64,000 bases of DNA from contig CACYGL010000003.1 in assembly GCA_902773995.1 (NCBI GenBank), positions 1,986 to 65,985 of the forward strand. The letters run 5' to 3'. The stretch comes from an uncultured Coriobacteriaceae bacterium (GTDB taxonomy: Bacteria; Actinomycetota; Coriobacteriia; Coriobacteriales; Atopobiaceae). Numbering within the stretch: position 1 is the first letter of the stretch; each line of letters starts with the position of its first letter. Shown here one piece after another: positions 37,026 to 44,935 of the stretch. A program made the position numbers and the translations under genes. Below the pieces are notes generated by a model that was not told where the DNA came from, searched no databases, and worked only from the letters and a program-made list of their open reading frames with translations.

Positions 37026-37250
37026 ATGAAGATCAAGAACCTGAGCAGGCTCCAGAAGAAGGTCCTTGACGCCTGCATGGACGGCTGGTTCATGAGCGGC
37101 GAGTACACCGCCATGTTCGACAACCACCGTCGCAGCTTCGAGGCCGACAGCCCCCTGTGGCTCTACCGCGATATTGAGCGCTGGTATGGAAGCCATGCCG
37201 CCAACCACGGGGATTCCCACCTGCTCGTCAAGTGCACCAGGGTCGATTAG
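37026..37250 (+). CDS. Hypothetical small protein (74 aa)
   Basis: ATG follows an AAAGGAGG RBS. I recognise no family. Confidence 0.45.
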   Translation: MKIKNLSRLQKKVLDACMDGWFMSGEYTAMFDNHRRSFEADSPLWLYRDIERWYGSHAANHGDSHLLVKCTRVD

Positions 37251-37312
37251 GGGCAATACGCCCCGGCACCCCGGTGCCGTCCGGGGAAATGACAAAGTGC
37301 ACGTTGGCAAGC

Positions 37313-37334
37313 GGGACCCCACGGGGTCTTTTTT
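37313..37334 (+). terminator. Rho-independent terminator
   Basis: GACCC-CACG-GGGTC followed by TTTTTT. Confidence 0.65.
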
Positions 37335-37411
37335 GTTAGTCTTCGGGGAGTAGCGCCCGCGCGCCGCCCCCGTTTTTCTTTGGGGCAGCCTGGAATCCCT
37401 AGGAGGAACCC

Positions 37412-38551
37412 ATGCCCCTCTCGCTCAACTCTTCCCTTGATGGCCTTAGGCTCTCTGGCATCAGACGCTTCTCGGCACTCGCCGCGCAAACTCCAGGGTG
37501 CGTCTCGCTCACGCTGGGTGAGCCCGGCGAGGACACGCCCCCCAACGTGTGTGCCAAGGTGGGGGAGGACCTTGCCTGCGGTCTCACGCACTATCCGCCC
37601 AACAACGGCTTTGCCTGGCTTCGCGAGGCAATCTGCGCGTGGGAGGCCGAGCGCGGCGTGCGCCTTGCGCCGGAAAACGTGATTGTGACCGATGGCGCAA
37701 CGGAGGCGCTCTTCTGCGCCATCACGGCGCTTCTCAACCCCGGTGACGAGGTCATCATCCCCACGCCGGCGTTTCTCCTCTATGACTCTCTCGTGAGGCT
37801 GGCGCGCGGCGTGCCCGTGGCGCTTGACACCACGGCGAGTAACTTCCAACTCGACCCGCAGGCGCTTGCGCAGGCAATTACGCCCCGCACAAAGGCGATT
37901 GTGATCACCTCGCCCAACAACCCTACTGGGTGCGTGCTTGACCGTCGCAGCATGGATGCCGTTGCCGAGGCGGCACGTACACGTGACATCTACGTGATCT
38001 GCGATGACGTCTACGGCGAGCTTTGCTATGAGCCAGGCTACCGACGCTTCTCGGCCCTCTATCCCGAACTTGCGGACAGGACCATCGTTGCCAATAGCTT
38101 CTCTAAGCCGTGGGCCATGACCGGCTGGCGCCTTGGCTGGGTGGGCGCGGGCGAGAATGTCGCTGCCGCCATGGCCAAGGTGCACCAGTACGCGGTCTCG
38201 TCGGTGCCGGCCTTCCTGCAGCATGCTGCCGTGGAGGCACTGGTTACCAATACGGCTCCCATGCGCGCCTCCTACCAGGCACGACGCGATGTCACGGTGG
38301 AGGCGCTCGGCCGAATGGGACTTCCTGTGGTCATGCCACGGGGCGCGTTCTACGCGTTCCCCAGCATCGAGGGCCTTGGCCTTTCGAGCGAGAAGTTCTG
38401 CGAGCGGGCCATCCGCGAGGCCGGTGTGGCGCTGGTGCCAGGCTCGTGCTTTGGCGGCGAGGGCCACGTGCGCCTGAGCTACGCCGCTGACGAGAAGACC
38501 CTGGCTACCGGCCTTGAGCGCCTGGCCGGCTTTGTGGGAGCGTTGAGGTAG
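37412..38551 (+). CDS. Class I/II PLP-dependent aminotransferase; candidate N-acyl-LL-diaminopimelate aminotransferase
   Basis: RBS is AGGAGGAA. The PLP-lysine region SFSKPWAMTGWRLGW is present. The gene neighbours DAP-pathway genes. Confidence 0.75.
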   Translation: MPLSLNSSLDGLRLSGIRRFSALAAQTPGCVSLTLGEPGEDTPPNVCAKVGEDLACGLTHYPPNNGFAWLREAICAWEAERGVRLAPENVIVTDGATEALFCAITALLNPGDEVIIPTPAFLLYDSLVRLARGVPVALDTTASNFQLDPQALAQAITPRTKAIVITSPNNPTGCVLDRRSMDAVAEAARTRDIYVICDDVYGELCYEPGYRRFSALYPELADRTIVANSFSKPWAMTGWRLGWVGAGENVAAAMAKVHQYAVSSVPAFLQHAAVEALVTNTAPMRASYQARRDVTVEALGRMGLPVVMPRGAFYAFPSIEGLGLSSEKFCERAIREAGVALVPGSCFGGEGHVRLSYAADEKTLATGLERLAGFVGALR

Positions 38552-38582
38552 CGGCGCGTGCCGCCAACGGCGCGTACGAGCG

Positions 38583-39734
38583 CTACTCGTTCTCCACCAC
38601 GTGCGCCATCATGAGCAGCAGGGCCACCGCGACGCCCTGCTCGAGCGAGTCCTTGCGGATCCACTCGTCGCGGGTGTGGGGAAGGCCCCCCGTGATGGTG
38701 CCCACACACACAGCGGGGACGCCAAGCGAGAGGGGCACGTTTGCGTCGGTCGAGGAGCTCACGTGGCGGGCGCGCATGCCAAGGACCGCCTGGATGGCGT
38801 CATCGCAGCGGCGCGTGAGGCGTCGCTCGGCGGTCTCGTTCACGTCGCCGGTGGCCGGACGGCGGCCTATGACGGCGATCTGGACGTCCATGTCGTCGCG
38901 GGCGTCCGCCCGGGCAACGAGGTCGCGGAGCTTCTCGTCCATCTCTTGCAGGCATGGCTCGCTCGTGGAGCGAAACTCGCAGAGGCACGATGCCTCGCTC
39001 GCGATGCTGTTGACCGTGGTTCCGCCCTCGATGAGACCCACGTTGCAGGTGGTGCGGGCATCCGTTGGGCGCGGCAGGTCGTACATCGCGCACACCACGC
39101 GCGAGAGCCGCTCGATTGCGTTGGGGACGCCCCAGTTCTTCCAGCTGTGGCCGCCCTGCGTGTGCACGCTGATGCGGTAGCGCATCGACCCCACTGCCTC
39201 GGTGACCACCTCGGGGAAGTGTGCGTCAAGCGCGGTGAGCTCCGTCACGGGAGCGGTTGCCTCGCGCATGAGCTGCTTGGTGCCCTTGAGGTTGCCCAGT
39301 CCCTCCTCGCCGGAGTTCGCCACCACCACAACGCAGGTGTCGAGCTTGGGGCGGTGCTTGAGGAACCACTTTGTGGCCATGAGCAGCGTCACCAGGCAGG
39401 CCGTGTCGTCGCCGATGCCCGGAGCGTACATGTTCTCCTCGTCCTCGGTGAGTGGCAGCTCGCCCGTGTCGGGGAAGACGATGTCGGTGTGGGCGGAGAA
39501 GACCGCGCGGCCTGGCTCGGAACGGTCGCCCAGGATGCAGACAACGTTATGCGCCTCGTCCACGGTGACGTCGGTTGCGCCCTGCTCGCGGAGCCAGGTT
39601 GCGACAAACCAGGCACGGCGTCCCTCGTCGCCCGTGGGGGCGCCAATACGCCCGAGCGCGCGCAGAAGCTCGAGCGACTCCTCGCGCACCTCTCGCGCAA
39701 ACTCCAGTGCTGTGTAGGTCTCCCTTGGGTTCAT
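38583..39734 (-). CDS. M20 family metallopeptidase (ArgE/DapE/PepT superfamily); candidate DAP-pathway deacylase
   Basis: ATG 39734 follows a GGAGGA RBS. Metal-ligand motifs (SAHTDIV, GIGDDTA, EEG) are present. Confidence 0.7.
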   Translation of the reverse strand: MNPRETYTALEFAREVREESLELLRALGRIGAPTGDEGRRAWFVATWLREQGATDVTVDEAHNVVCILGDRSEPGRAVFSAHTDIVFPDTGELPLTEDEENMYAPGIGDDTACLVTLLMATKWFLKHRPKLDTCVVVVANSGEEGLGNLKGTKQLMREATAPVTELTALDAHFPEVVTEAVGSMRYRISVHTQGGHSWKNWGVPNAIERLSRVVCAMYDLPRPTDARTTCNVGLIEGGTTVNSIASEASCLCEFRSTSEPCLQEMDEKLRDLVARADARDDMDVQIAVIGRRPATGDVNETAERRLTRRCDDAIQAVLGMRARHVSSSTDANVPLSLGVPAVCVGTITGGLPHTRDEWIRKDSLEQGVAVALLLMMAHVVENE

Positions 39735-39799
39735 GAGGTCCTCCAGAGCGCGGCGCGCCGCCGCGTAGCGTGCGTGTTGCCCTTAGCATACTCCCTTAC

Positions 39800-39975
39800 T
39801 GGCGCCCAGCCGCCCCCTATCGGTCCCCTCTCCCTCCCACTTGCGTTCTTTAGCGGTATTTGAGAATCGTGTTTCCCGCCAACTGGGCAAACGCAGTGTC
39901 CGATTCTCAGAAACCGCTAAAGAACGGGGCGGAGGGGGATGCGGGGATGAGGGGCGAGGAGGCGCCTACCCCCTC
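39800..39975. repeat. Long imperfect palindrome (about 175 bp) in the divergent M20/lysA spacer
   Basis: The core arms are 39845-39869 and 39901-39925 (25 bp, 2 mismatches, 31-bp spacer). Weaker C-rich and G-rich arm extensions reach about 39800 and 39975. Confidence 0.7.
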
Positions 39976-40043
39976 GTGAAGAAGTTTTTCTCCGTTGGTG
40001 TCACATGCGACCTTGCGCCAGAGCGGCGTGGATGCTAGCGTTG

Positions 40044-40192
40044 TCCGCACGATAGAGGAGCGGGCACGATGGTCCTGGAGGAGCCGGCGGGCAAGGATTC
40101 CAGGAGAGGCGATGCCCGCCGAACTTCCGCGCCAGGCATGGCGCGGCGGTGGGCTCGGCGGGAATACCGCCGGGACTGTCCGTGGAGAAGAT
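40044..40192 (+). promoter_or_regulatory. Lysine riboswitch (L-box)
   Basis: Core elements occur in canonical order: AUAGAGGAGC, a P2 helix GGGCA...UGCCC followed by GCCGAA, the hairpin CCGCGCCA/UGGCGCGG, the hairpin CGGCGG-GAAUA-CCGCCG, and GGACUGUCC. It lies directly upstream of lysA. Confidence 0.75.
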
Positions 40193-40271
40193 CCGCGGGA
40201 GCGCTATCCCCGGCCACGCGGCGCTGCTGCGTGGACCCCGGCGGCGCCCCTGCGGCGCGTCTGGGGGAGCA

Positions 40272-41561
40272 ATGGGGGAGAAGCTACCATTCGTCACAAG
40301 AGACCAGCTCGAGCGTGCCGCCGCGCAGTGGCCCACGCCCTTCCACGTCTATAGCGAGAAGCTCATCCGCGAGCGTGCGCGCGCCTTGAAGGCGGCGTTC
40401 TCGTGGAACCCCAGCTTCACCGAGTACTTTGCCGTGAAGGCAACGCCCAACCCTACGATTGTCTCCATCCTCGCCGAAGAGGGCTGCGGCTGCGACTGCG
40501 CAACCGCCACGGAGCTCACGCTTGCAAACGTCTGCGGCGTGCGAGGCGAGCGCATCATGCTCTCCTCCAACGACACGCCCGACGAGGACTACCGCCGCGC
40601 GCGCGACCTGGGTGCCATCATCAACCTTGACTCGCTCGACATGGTGGAGTGCCTGTCGCGCGCGCTGGACGGAAAGCTGCCTGCCATGGTCTGCCTGCGC
40701 GTGAACCCTGGCGGCAACTTTACTGCCTCAAACGGCATCATCGGCGAGCCCGAGGACTCCAAGTTTGGCATGACCGTCGAGCAGGTCATGGAGGCCGCGC
40801 GCAGGCTCTCTGCCATGGGCGTCACCGAGTTTGGCCTCCACGCGTTTCTTGCCTCAAACACGCAGGTCGAGGACTACTACCCGCGCCTCGCGCGCGTGCT
40901 CTTCGAGCTGGCCGTGCGTCTTTCGCGCGAGCTTGGCGTGCATGTGCGGCTGGTTGACCTCTCCGGCGGCATTGGCATCGACTACCGCCCCGAGGATGTT
41001 CCCGTGGACATTGCTGCTGTGGGCGAGGGCGTGCGCCGCGTGTACGAGGAGGTCCTCGTGCCCGCGGGCATGGGCGACGTGGCGCTTGCCGCCGAGCTTG
41101 GCCGCTGGATGCTGGCGCCTGCGGGCGGCCTTGTGACCCGTGTGATCCACGAGAAGGTCACCTACCACGACTACCTGGGCGTCGACGCCTGCGCCTCCAA
41201 CCTCATGCGCCCGGCGGTCTACGGCGCCTACCACCACATCACCGTGATGGGCCGCGAGGGCGAGCCCGCAACCAGGCGCTACAACGTGGTGGGCAGGCTC
41301 TGCGAGAACTCCGACCAGTTTGCGCGCGACCGTATGCTGCCCGAGGTCCACATCGGTGACCTGCTCTTCATTCACGACGCTGGCGCCCACGGGCACTCCA
41401 TGGGCTACAACTACAACGGCACGCTCCGCTCGGCGGAGCTCTTGCTGCGCGAGGACGGCTCGTTCGAGCTCATTCGGCGCGCCGAGACGCCCGCGGACTA
41501 CTTTGCAACGCTCGACTTTCCGGGCTCGCGCTTCTCGGCGCTTGCCCACCCAGAGGGCTAG
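40272..41561 (+). CDS. lysA: Diaminopimelate decarboxylase
   Basis: ATG 40272 is the likely start. YFAVKATPNP (PLP lysine) and the group IV decarboxylase layout are present. Confidence 0.88.
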   Translation: MGEKLPFVTRDQLERAAAQWPTPFHVYSEKLIRERARALKAAFSWNPSFTEYFAVKATPNPTIVSILAEEGCGCDCATATELTLANVCGVRGERIMLSSNDTPDEDYRRARDLGAIINLDSLDMVECLSRALDGKLPAMVCLRVNPGGNFTASNGIIGEPEDSKFGMTVEQVMEAARRLSAMGVTEFGLHAFLASNTQVEDYYPRLARVLFELAVRLSRELGVHVRLVDLSGGIGIDYRPEDVPVDIAAVGEGVRRVYEEVLVPAGMGDVALAAELGRWMLAPAGGLVTRVIHEKVTYHDYLGVDACASNLMRPAVYGAYHHITVMGREGEPATRRYNVVGRLCENSDQFARDRMLPEVHIGDLLFIHDAGAHGHSMGYNYNGTLRSAELLLREDGSFELIRRAETPADYFATLDFPGSRFSALAHPEG

Positions 41562-41617
41562 GACACGTAAGGTTACACGCGGGGCGCCCGTGGGGCGCAC
41601 ATGAGAGGGGACGCACA

Positions 41618-42508
41618 ATGGACATGCAAGGACTTACCGGTTCTGTCGTGGCGCTGGTCACGCCGTTTTTGGAGGACGGCTCCATCGACTTTGGCTCGCT
41701 GGAGCGCCTGGTCGACTTTCACCTCGAGAACGGGACCGACGGCATCTTGGTCCTGGGGACCACGGGAGAGTCTTCCACGATGACCGACGAGGAGGACCTC
41801 GAGGTAGCCAAGACCGTCATCGACCGCGTGGCGGGTCGCATTCCCGTCATTGGCGGCGCGGGATCCAACTCCACGGCCGAGTCCCTCCGCAAGGCAAAGG
41901 CGCTGGAGAAGCTCGGCGCTGACGGTCTTCTCCTCATTACGCCCTACTACAACAAGTCCAACGAGGAGGGCATCTACCGTCACTTCACGACGGTCCTCGA
42001 CCAGGTTGACGTGCCCTGCCTGCTCTACAACATTCCCGGTCGCACGGGTTGCTCCATCTCGGAGAGAAACGTCGCACGACTGGCCACGCACCCCAACGCG
42101 TGGGGCATCAAGGAGGCTTCGGGCAATATCTCCTACGCGACGATGGTTGCGCGCTACCTCTCGGATGTCTTCCGTATGATGAGCGGCAACGACGATATGG
42201 TGGTGCCCATCCTCTCGCTGGGTGGCGTGGGCGTGGTTTCGGTGTGGGCCGACGTCGCGCCGCGCACCGTGCACGACATGTGCGAGAAGTGGCTCTCCGG
42301 CGACACTGCCGGCGCGCTCAAGGTGCAGCTGGACAACCTCGACCTGGTGCACGCACTCTTTGGCGAGGTCAACCCCATTCCCGTGAAGGCCGCGCTCGCC
42401 AAGATGGGGCTCATCGGCCCTACCGTGCGCCTGCCGCTCTGGCAGCTCTCGCCCGAGGCAGATGCGCGTCTGGAGGCGGCCATGAAGGGGGTTGGTATTC
42501 TTGGCTAG
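41618..42508 (+). CDS. dapA: 4-hydroxy-tetrahydrodipicolinate synthase
   Basis: ALVTPF, GTTGES, YNIPGRTG and the KEASG active-site lysine are present. Confidence 0.92.
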   Translation: MDMQGLTGSVVALVTPFLEDGSIDFGSLERLVDFHLENGTDGILVLGTTGESSTMTDEEDLEVAKTVIDRVAGRIPVIGGAGSNSTAESLRKAKALEKLGADGLLLITPYYNKSNEEGIYRHFTTVLDQVDVPCLLYNIPGRTGCSISERNVARLATHPNAWGIKEASGNISYATMVARYLSDVFRMMSGNDDMVVPILSLGGVGVVSVWADVAPRTVHDMCEKWLSGDTAGALKVQLDNLDLVHALFGEVNPIPVKAALAKMGLIGPTVRLPLWQLSPEADARLEAAMKGVGILG

Positions 42509-43223
42509 CGTGCTGGTGGTTGGCGCCAAGGGGCGCATGGGGACGCTCCTTCGGGCGGCCGTCGAGGCGGATGCGAACCTCTCGCTTGCGGGTGGCTACG
42601 ACGCCGACAACATCTCTGAGCTTGACTCCGTTGCCCCAGCGGTAGACCTCGTCATCGATTTCTCGGCGCCCGCGTCGCTTCCCCATGTGGAGGCCTACGT
42701 GCGTCGCACGCATGCGGCGCTGCTCTCGGGCACCACTGGCCTCTCGGCGGAGGATCTCTCGCGCATCGAGGCGTTGGGGCAGGTGGCCCCGGTCATCTGG
42801 AGTGGCAACTACTCGCTTGGCGTGGCGGTTCTTCGTCACCTGGCGCGCGAAGCCGCGGCCTCGCTTACCGGCTGGGACACCGAGATAGTGGAGTGCCACC
42901 ACAACCGCAAGGCCGACGCTCCCTCCGGGACGGCAAAGATGCTGCTTGAGGCCGTGGATCCCGCAGGCGAGAGGAGCGTTGCCTACGGACGCGAGGGTAT
43001 CGTGGGGCCGCGACCGGCGGGCGAGATTGGCATGCACAGTCTGCGCGGCGGCACCGTGGCAGGGACGCACGAGGTGCTCTTCTTTGGCGAGGACGAGGAG
43101 GTCGTGCTCACGCACCGCGCGACGAGCCGGCAGATCTTCGTGAACGGCGCTATCTCTGCGGCCAAGCGCCTGCTGGCGCGCGAGCCCGGCTTCTATGACT
43201 TCGACACGCTCATGTTTGGATAA
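42492..43223 (+). CDS. dapB: 4-hydroxy-tetrahydrodipicolinate reductase
   Basis: VVGAKGRMG (NAD-binding) and [15 protein letters not shown] are present. The start may be TTG 42492 or GTG 42510. Confidence 0.88.
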   Translation: MVFLASVLVVGAKGRMGTLLRAAVEADANLSLAGGYDADNISELDSVAPAVDLVIDFSAPASLPHVEAYVRRTHAALLSGTTGLSAEDLSRIEALGQVAPVIWSGNYSLGVAVLRHLAREAAASLTGWDTEIVECHHNRKADAPSGTAKMLLEAVDPAGERSVAYGREGIVGPRPAGEIGMHSLRGGTVAGTHEVLFFGEDEEVVLTHRATSRQIFVNGAISAAKRLLAREPGFYDFDTLMFG

Positions 43224-43270
43224 CCTGCAGCAACGAGAAACGCCAGGTGACTGGCGAGAGGAGACAATCC

Positions 43271-43972
43271 ATGGACGCCCAGGAAATCATTAACTTCATT
43301 GCGGGTGCGCCAAGGAAGACGCCGGTCAAGGCATACGTCAAGCTGGCTCCTGGCGCGCATGTGGACTTTGGTCCCAGTTCCCACGTCTTTGGGACGGGCG
43401 ACGTTGTGGTCTTTGGCGACTGGTCCGAGGTTGGGCCGGCGCTTGAGGCGGCTGGCGACGACGTTCTGGACGTGGTTGTCGAGAACGACCGTCGCAACTC
43501 CGGTGTGCCGCTGCTTGACGTGCGCAACGTGAACGCCCGAATCGAGCCTGGCGCCATCATTCGCGACCAGGTGGAGATTGGCGACAACGCCGTAATCATG
43601 ATGGGCGCGATCATCAACATCGGTGCGGTCATTGGCGCGGGCACCATGATTGACATGGGGGCCGTCCTGGGCGGGCGCGCCATGGTGGGTGCGCACTGCC
43701 ACGTGGGTGCCGGCTGCGTGCTTGCCGGCGTGGTGGAGCCTGCAAGCGCGACGCCCGTGGTGATTGAGGACGACGTGCTTCTCGGCGCAAATTCCGTGGT
43801 CATCGAGGGATGCCGCGTGGGCAAGGGTGCCGTTGTGGCTGCCGGTGCTGTGGTGACCGAGGACGTGCCCGCAGGCGCGGTTGTTGCCGGCTGCCCCGCG
43901 CGCGTCATCAAGATGAAGGACGAGAAGACCGAGGCCAAGACTGCGCTGGTAGACGCGCTGCGCAACCTGTAG
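43271..43972 (+). CDS. dapH: 2,3,4,5-tetrahydropyridine-2,6-dicarboxylate N-acetyltransferase
   Basis: ATG 43271 follows a GAGGAG RBS. A DapH-type N-terminal domain is followed by hexapeptide repeats ([25 protein letters not shown]...). Confidence 0.85.
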   Translation: MDAQEIINFIAGAPRKTPVKAYVKLAPGAHVDFGPSSHVFGTGDVVVFGDWSEVGPALEAAGDDVLDVVVENDRRNSGVPLLDVRNVNARIEPGAIIRDQVEIGDNAVIMMGAIINIGAVIGAGTMIDMGAVLGGRAMVGAHCHVGAGCVLAGVVEPASATPVVIEDDVLLGANSVVIEGCRVGKGAVVAAGAVVTEDVPAGAVVAGCPARVIKMKDEKTEAKTALVDALRNL

Positions 43973-44057
43973 AGGGGGCGGCTCCCGGCAGAGCTACGGT
44001 GACAGAGGGTTGCGCTTCTCGCCGCGCTTCTCGCCGTCGTAGCCCTTCTCGTCGAGA

Positions 44058-44170
44058 TGCCGCGAGTTCCGAACGTTTAGGCCGGCTTAACCGCTGAAAT
44101 TCAGCGTCATTCGAACATTGCCGCGTATTCCGAACGTTTAAACAGCTCTAACCGTTCGGGATACGCGGCA
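44058..44170 (+). repeat. Hairpin doublet with the same 61-bp architecture as 7780-7885
   Basis: Direct repeats start at 44058 and 44119 and are identical at 29 of 38 positions. The second copy (44119-44170) forms an 18-bp stem, TGCCGCGTATTCCGAACG / CGTTCGGGATACGCGGCA, with one T-G pair. Confidence 0.8.
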
Positions 44171-44181
44171 TGTTCATGTTG

Positions 44182-44811
44182 CTAGACGCAGCTTTTCTCG
44201 CCGTACAACGGCACAGTGAGGATCGGCGTATAGGTGAGCCGTCCGCCCTCGGGGTGGTGGCTCCACATGAGGGCCACCTCTGTGTGGCGTGTCTCGAGCG
44301 AGGGAAGCCCACGGGAGACCTCCTTGCAAACGAGTTGCAGGTCAGAGGTATCATCTGTTGGCCGCGCGCCGCGCACCAGGGTCACGTGTGGCACGAAGGG
44401 CTTCTCGTCTACGGCCAGCCCACGCACGGTCAGCTCGCGCACAAGCGTCCGTTGTAGGACGAGAAGCCCCTCTTGCCGAGAGACGCCCCGCCATACGATG
44501 CCCCCGCGTCGGCGCTCGAAGGCGCCTAGAGCGCCAAGTGAAAGGCTCACTGGGTCGCATGCGCGCGCCGCTGCGCACAGGGCGTCTGCCGCGCGCTGCT
44601 CGCCCGCGTTGTCAAGCGTCCCGAGAAACGCCAGCGTCAGGTGGATGTTTGCGGTGGGGGAGGGGCGCCCGGCACGAAGCCTCTCCAATATGGCGTCACG
44701 TGATTGCGCAAGCGCGTCTTGTTCCTCTGCCGAGAAGCGTAGGGCAATGAAGAGTCGCTTGGCCGTCTGACCAGCGCTTGGTTTGAGATAGATGTTCTTA
44801 TCGGCTTCCAT
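44182..44811 (-). CDS. thpR: RNA 2',3'-cyclic phosphodiesterase (2H phosphoesterase, LigT/ThpR)
   Basis: Two HxT motifs are present (IHLTLAF and PHVTLVR). RBS is GGAGGG. Confidence 0.8.
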   Translation of the reverse strand: MEADKNIYLKPSAGQTAKRLFIALRFSAEEQDALAQSRDAILERLRAGRPSPTANIHLTLAFLGTLDNAGEQRAADALCAAARACDPVSLSLGALGAFERRRGGIVWRGVSRQEGLLVLQRTLVRELTVRGLAVDEKPFVPHVTLVRGARPTDDTSDLQLVCKEVSRGLPSLETRHTEVALMWSHHPEGGRLTYTPILTVPLYGEKSCV

Positions 44812-44861
44812 GGCCCTCCGCTATTCTGTGACGTGGCCCAAGCCTATCCCAAAGGTGCCGG

Positions 44862-44898
44862 AAAAAGAAACGCCCGCCCAATCAATGGGCGGGCGTTT
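44862..44898 (-). terminator. Rho-independent terminator of the surface-protein gene
   Basis: AAACGCCCGCCCA-ATCAA-TGGGCGGGCGTTT (44868-44898). On the minus strand a T-rich tract (CTTTTTCC) follows. Confidence 0.75.
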
Positions 44899-44935
44899 GC
44901 GCACCGGGTATCGATCGAAGCCGTGTGCAGGGTAG

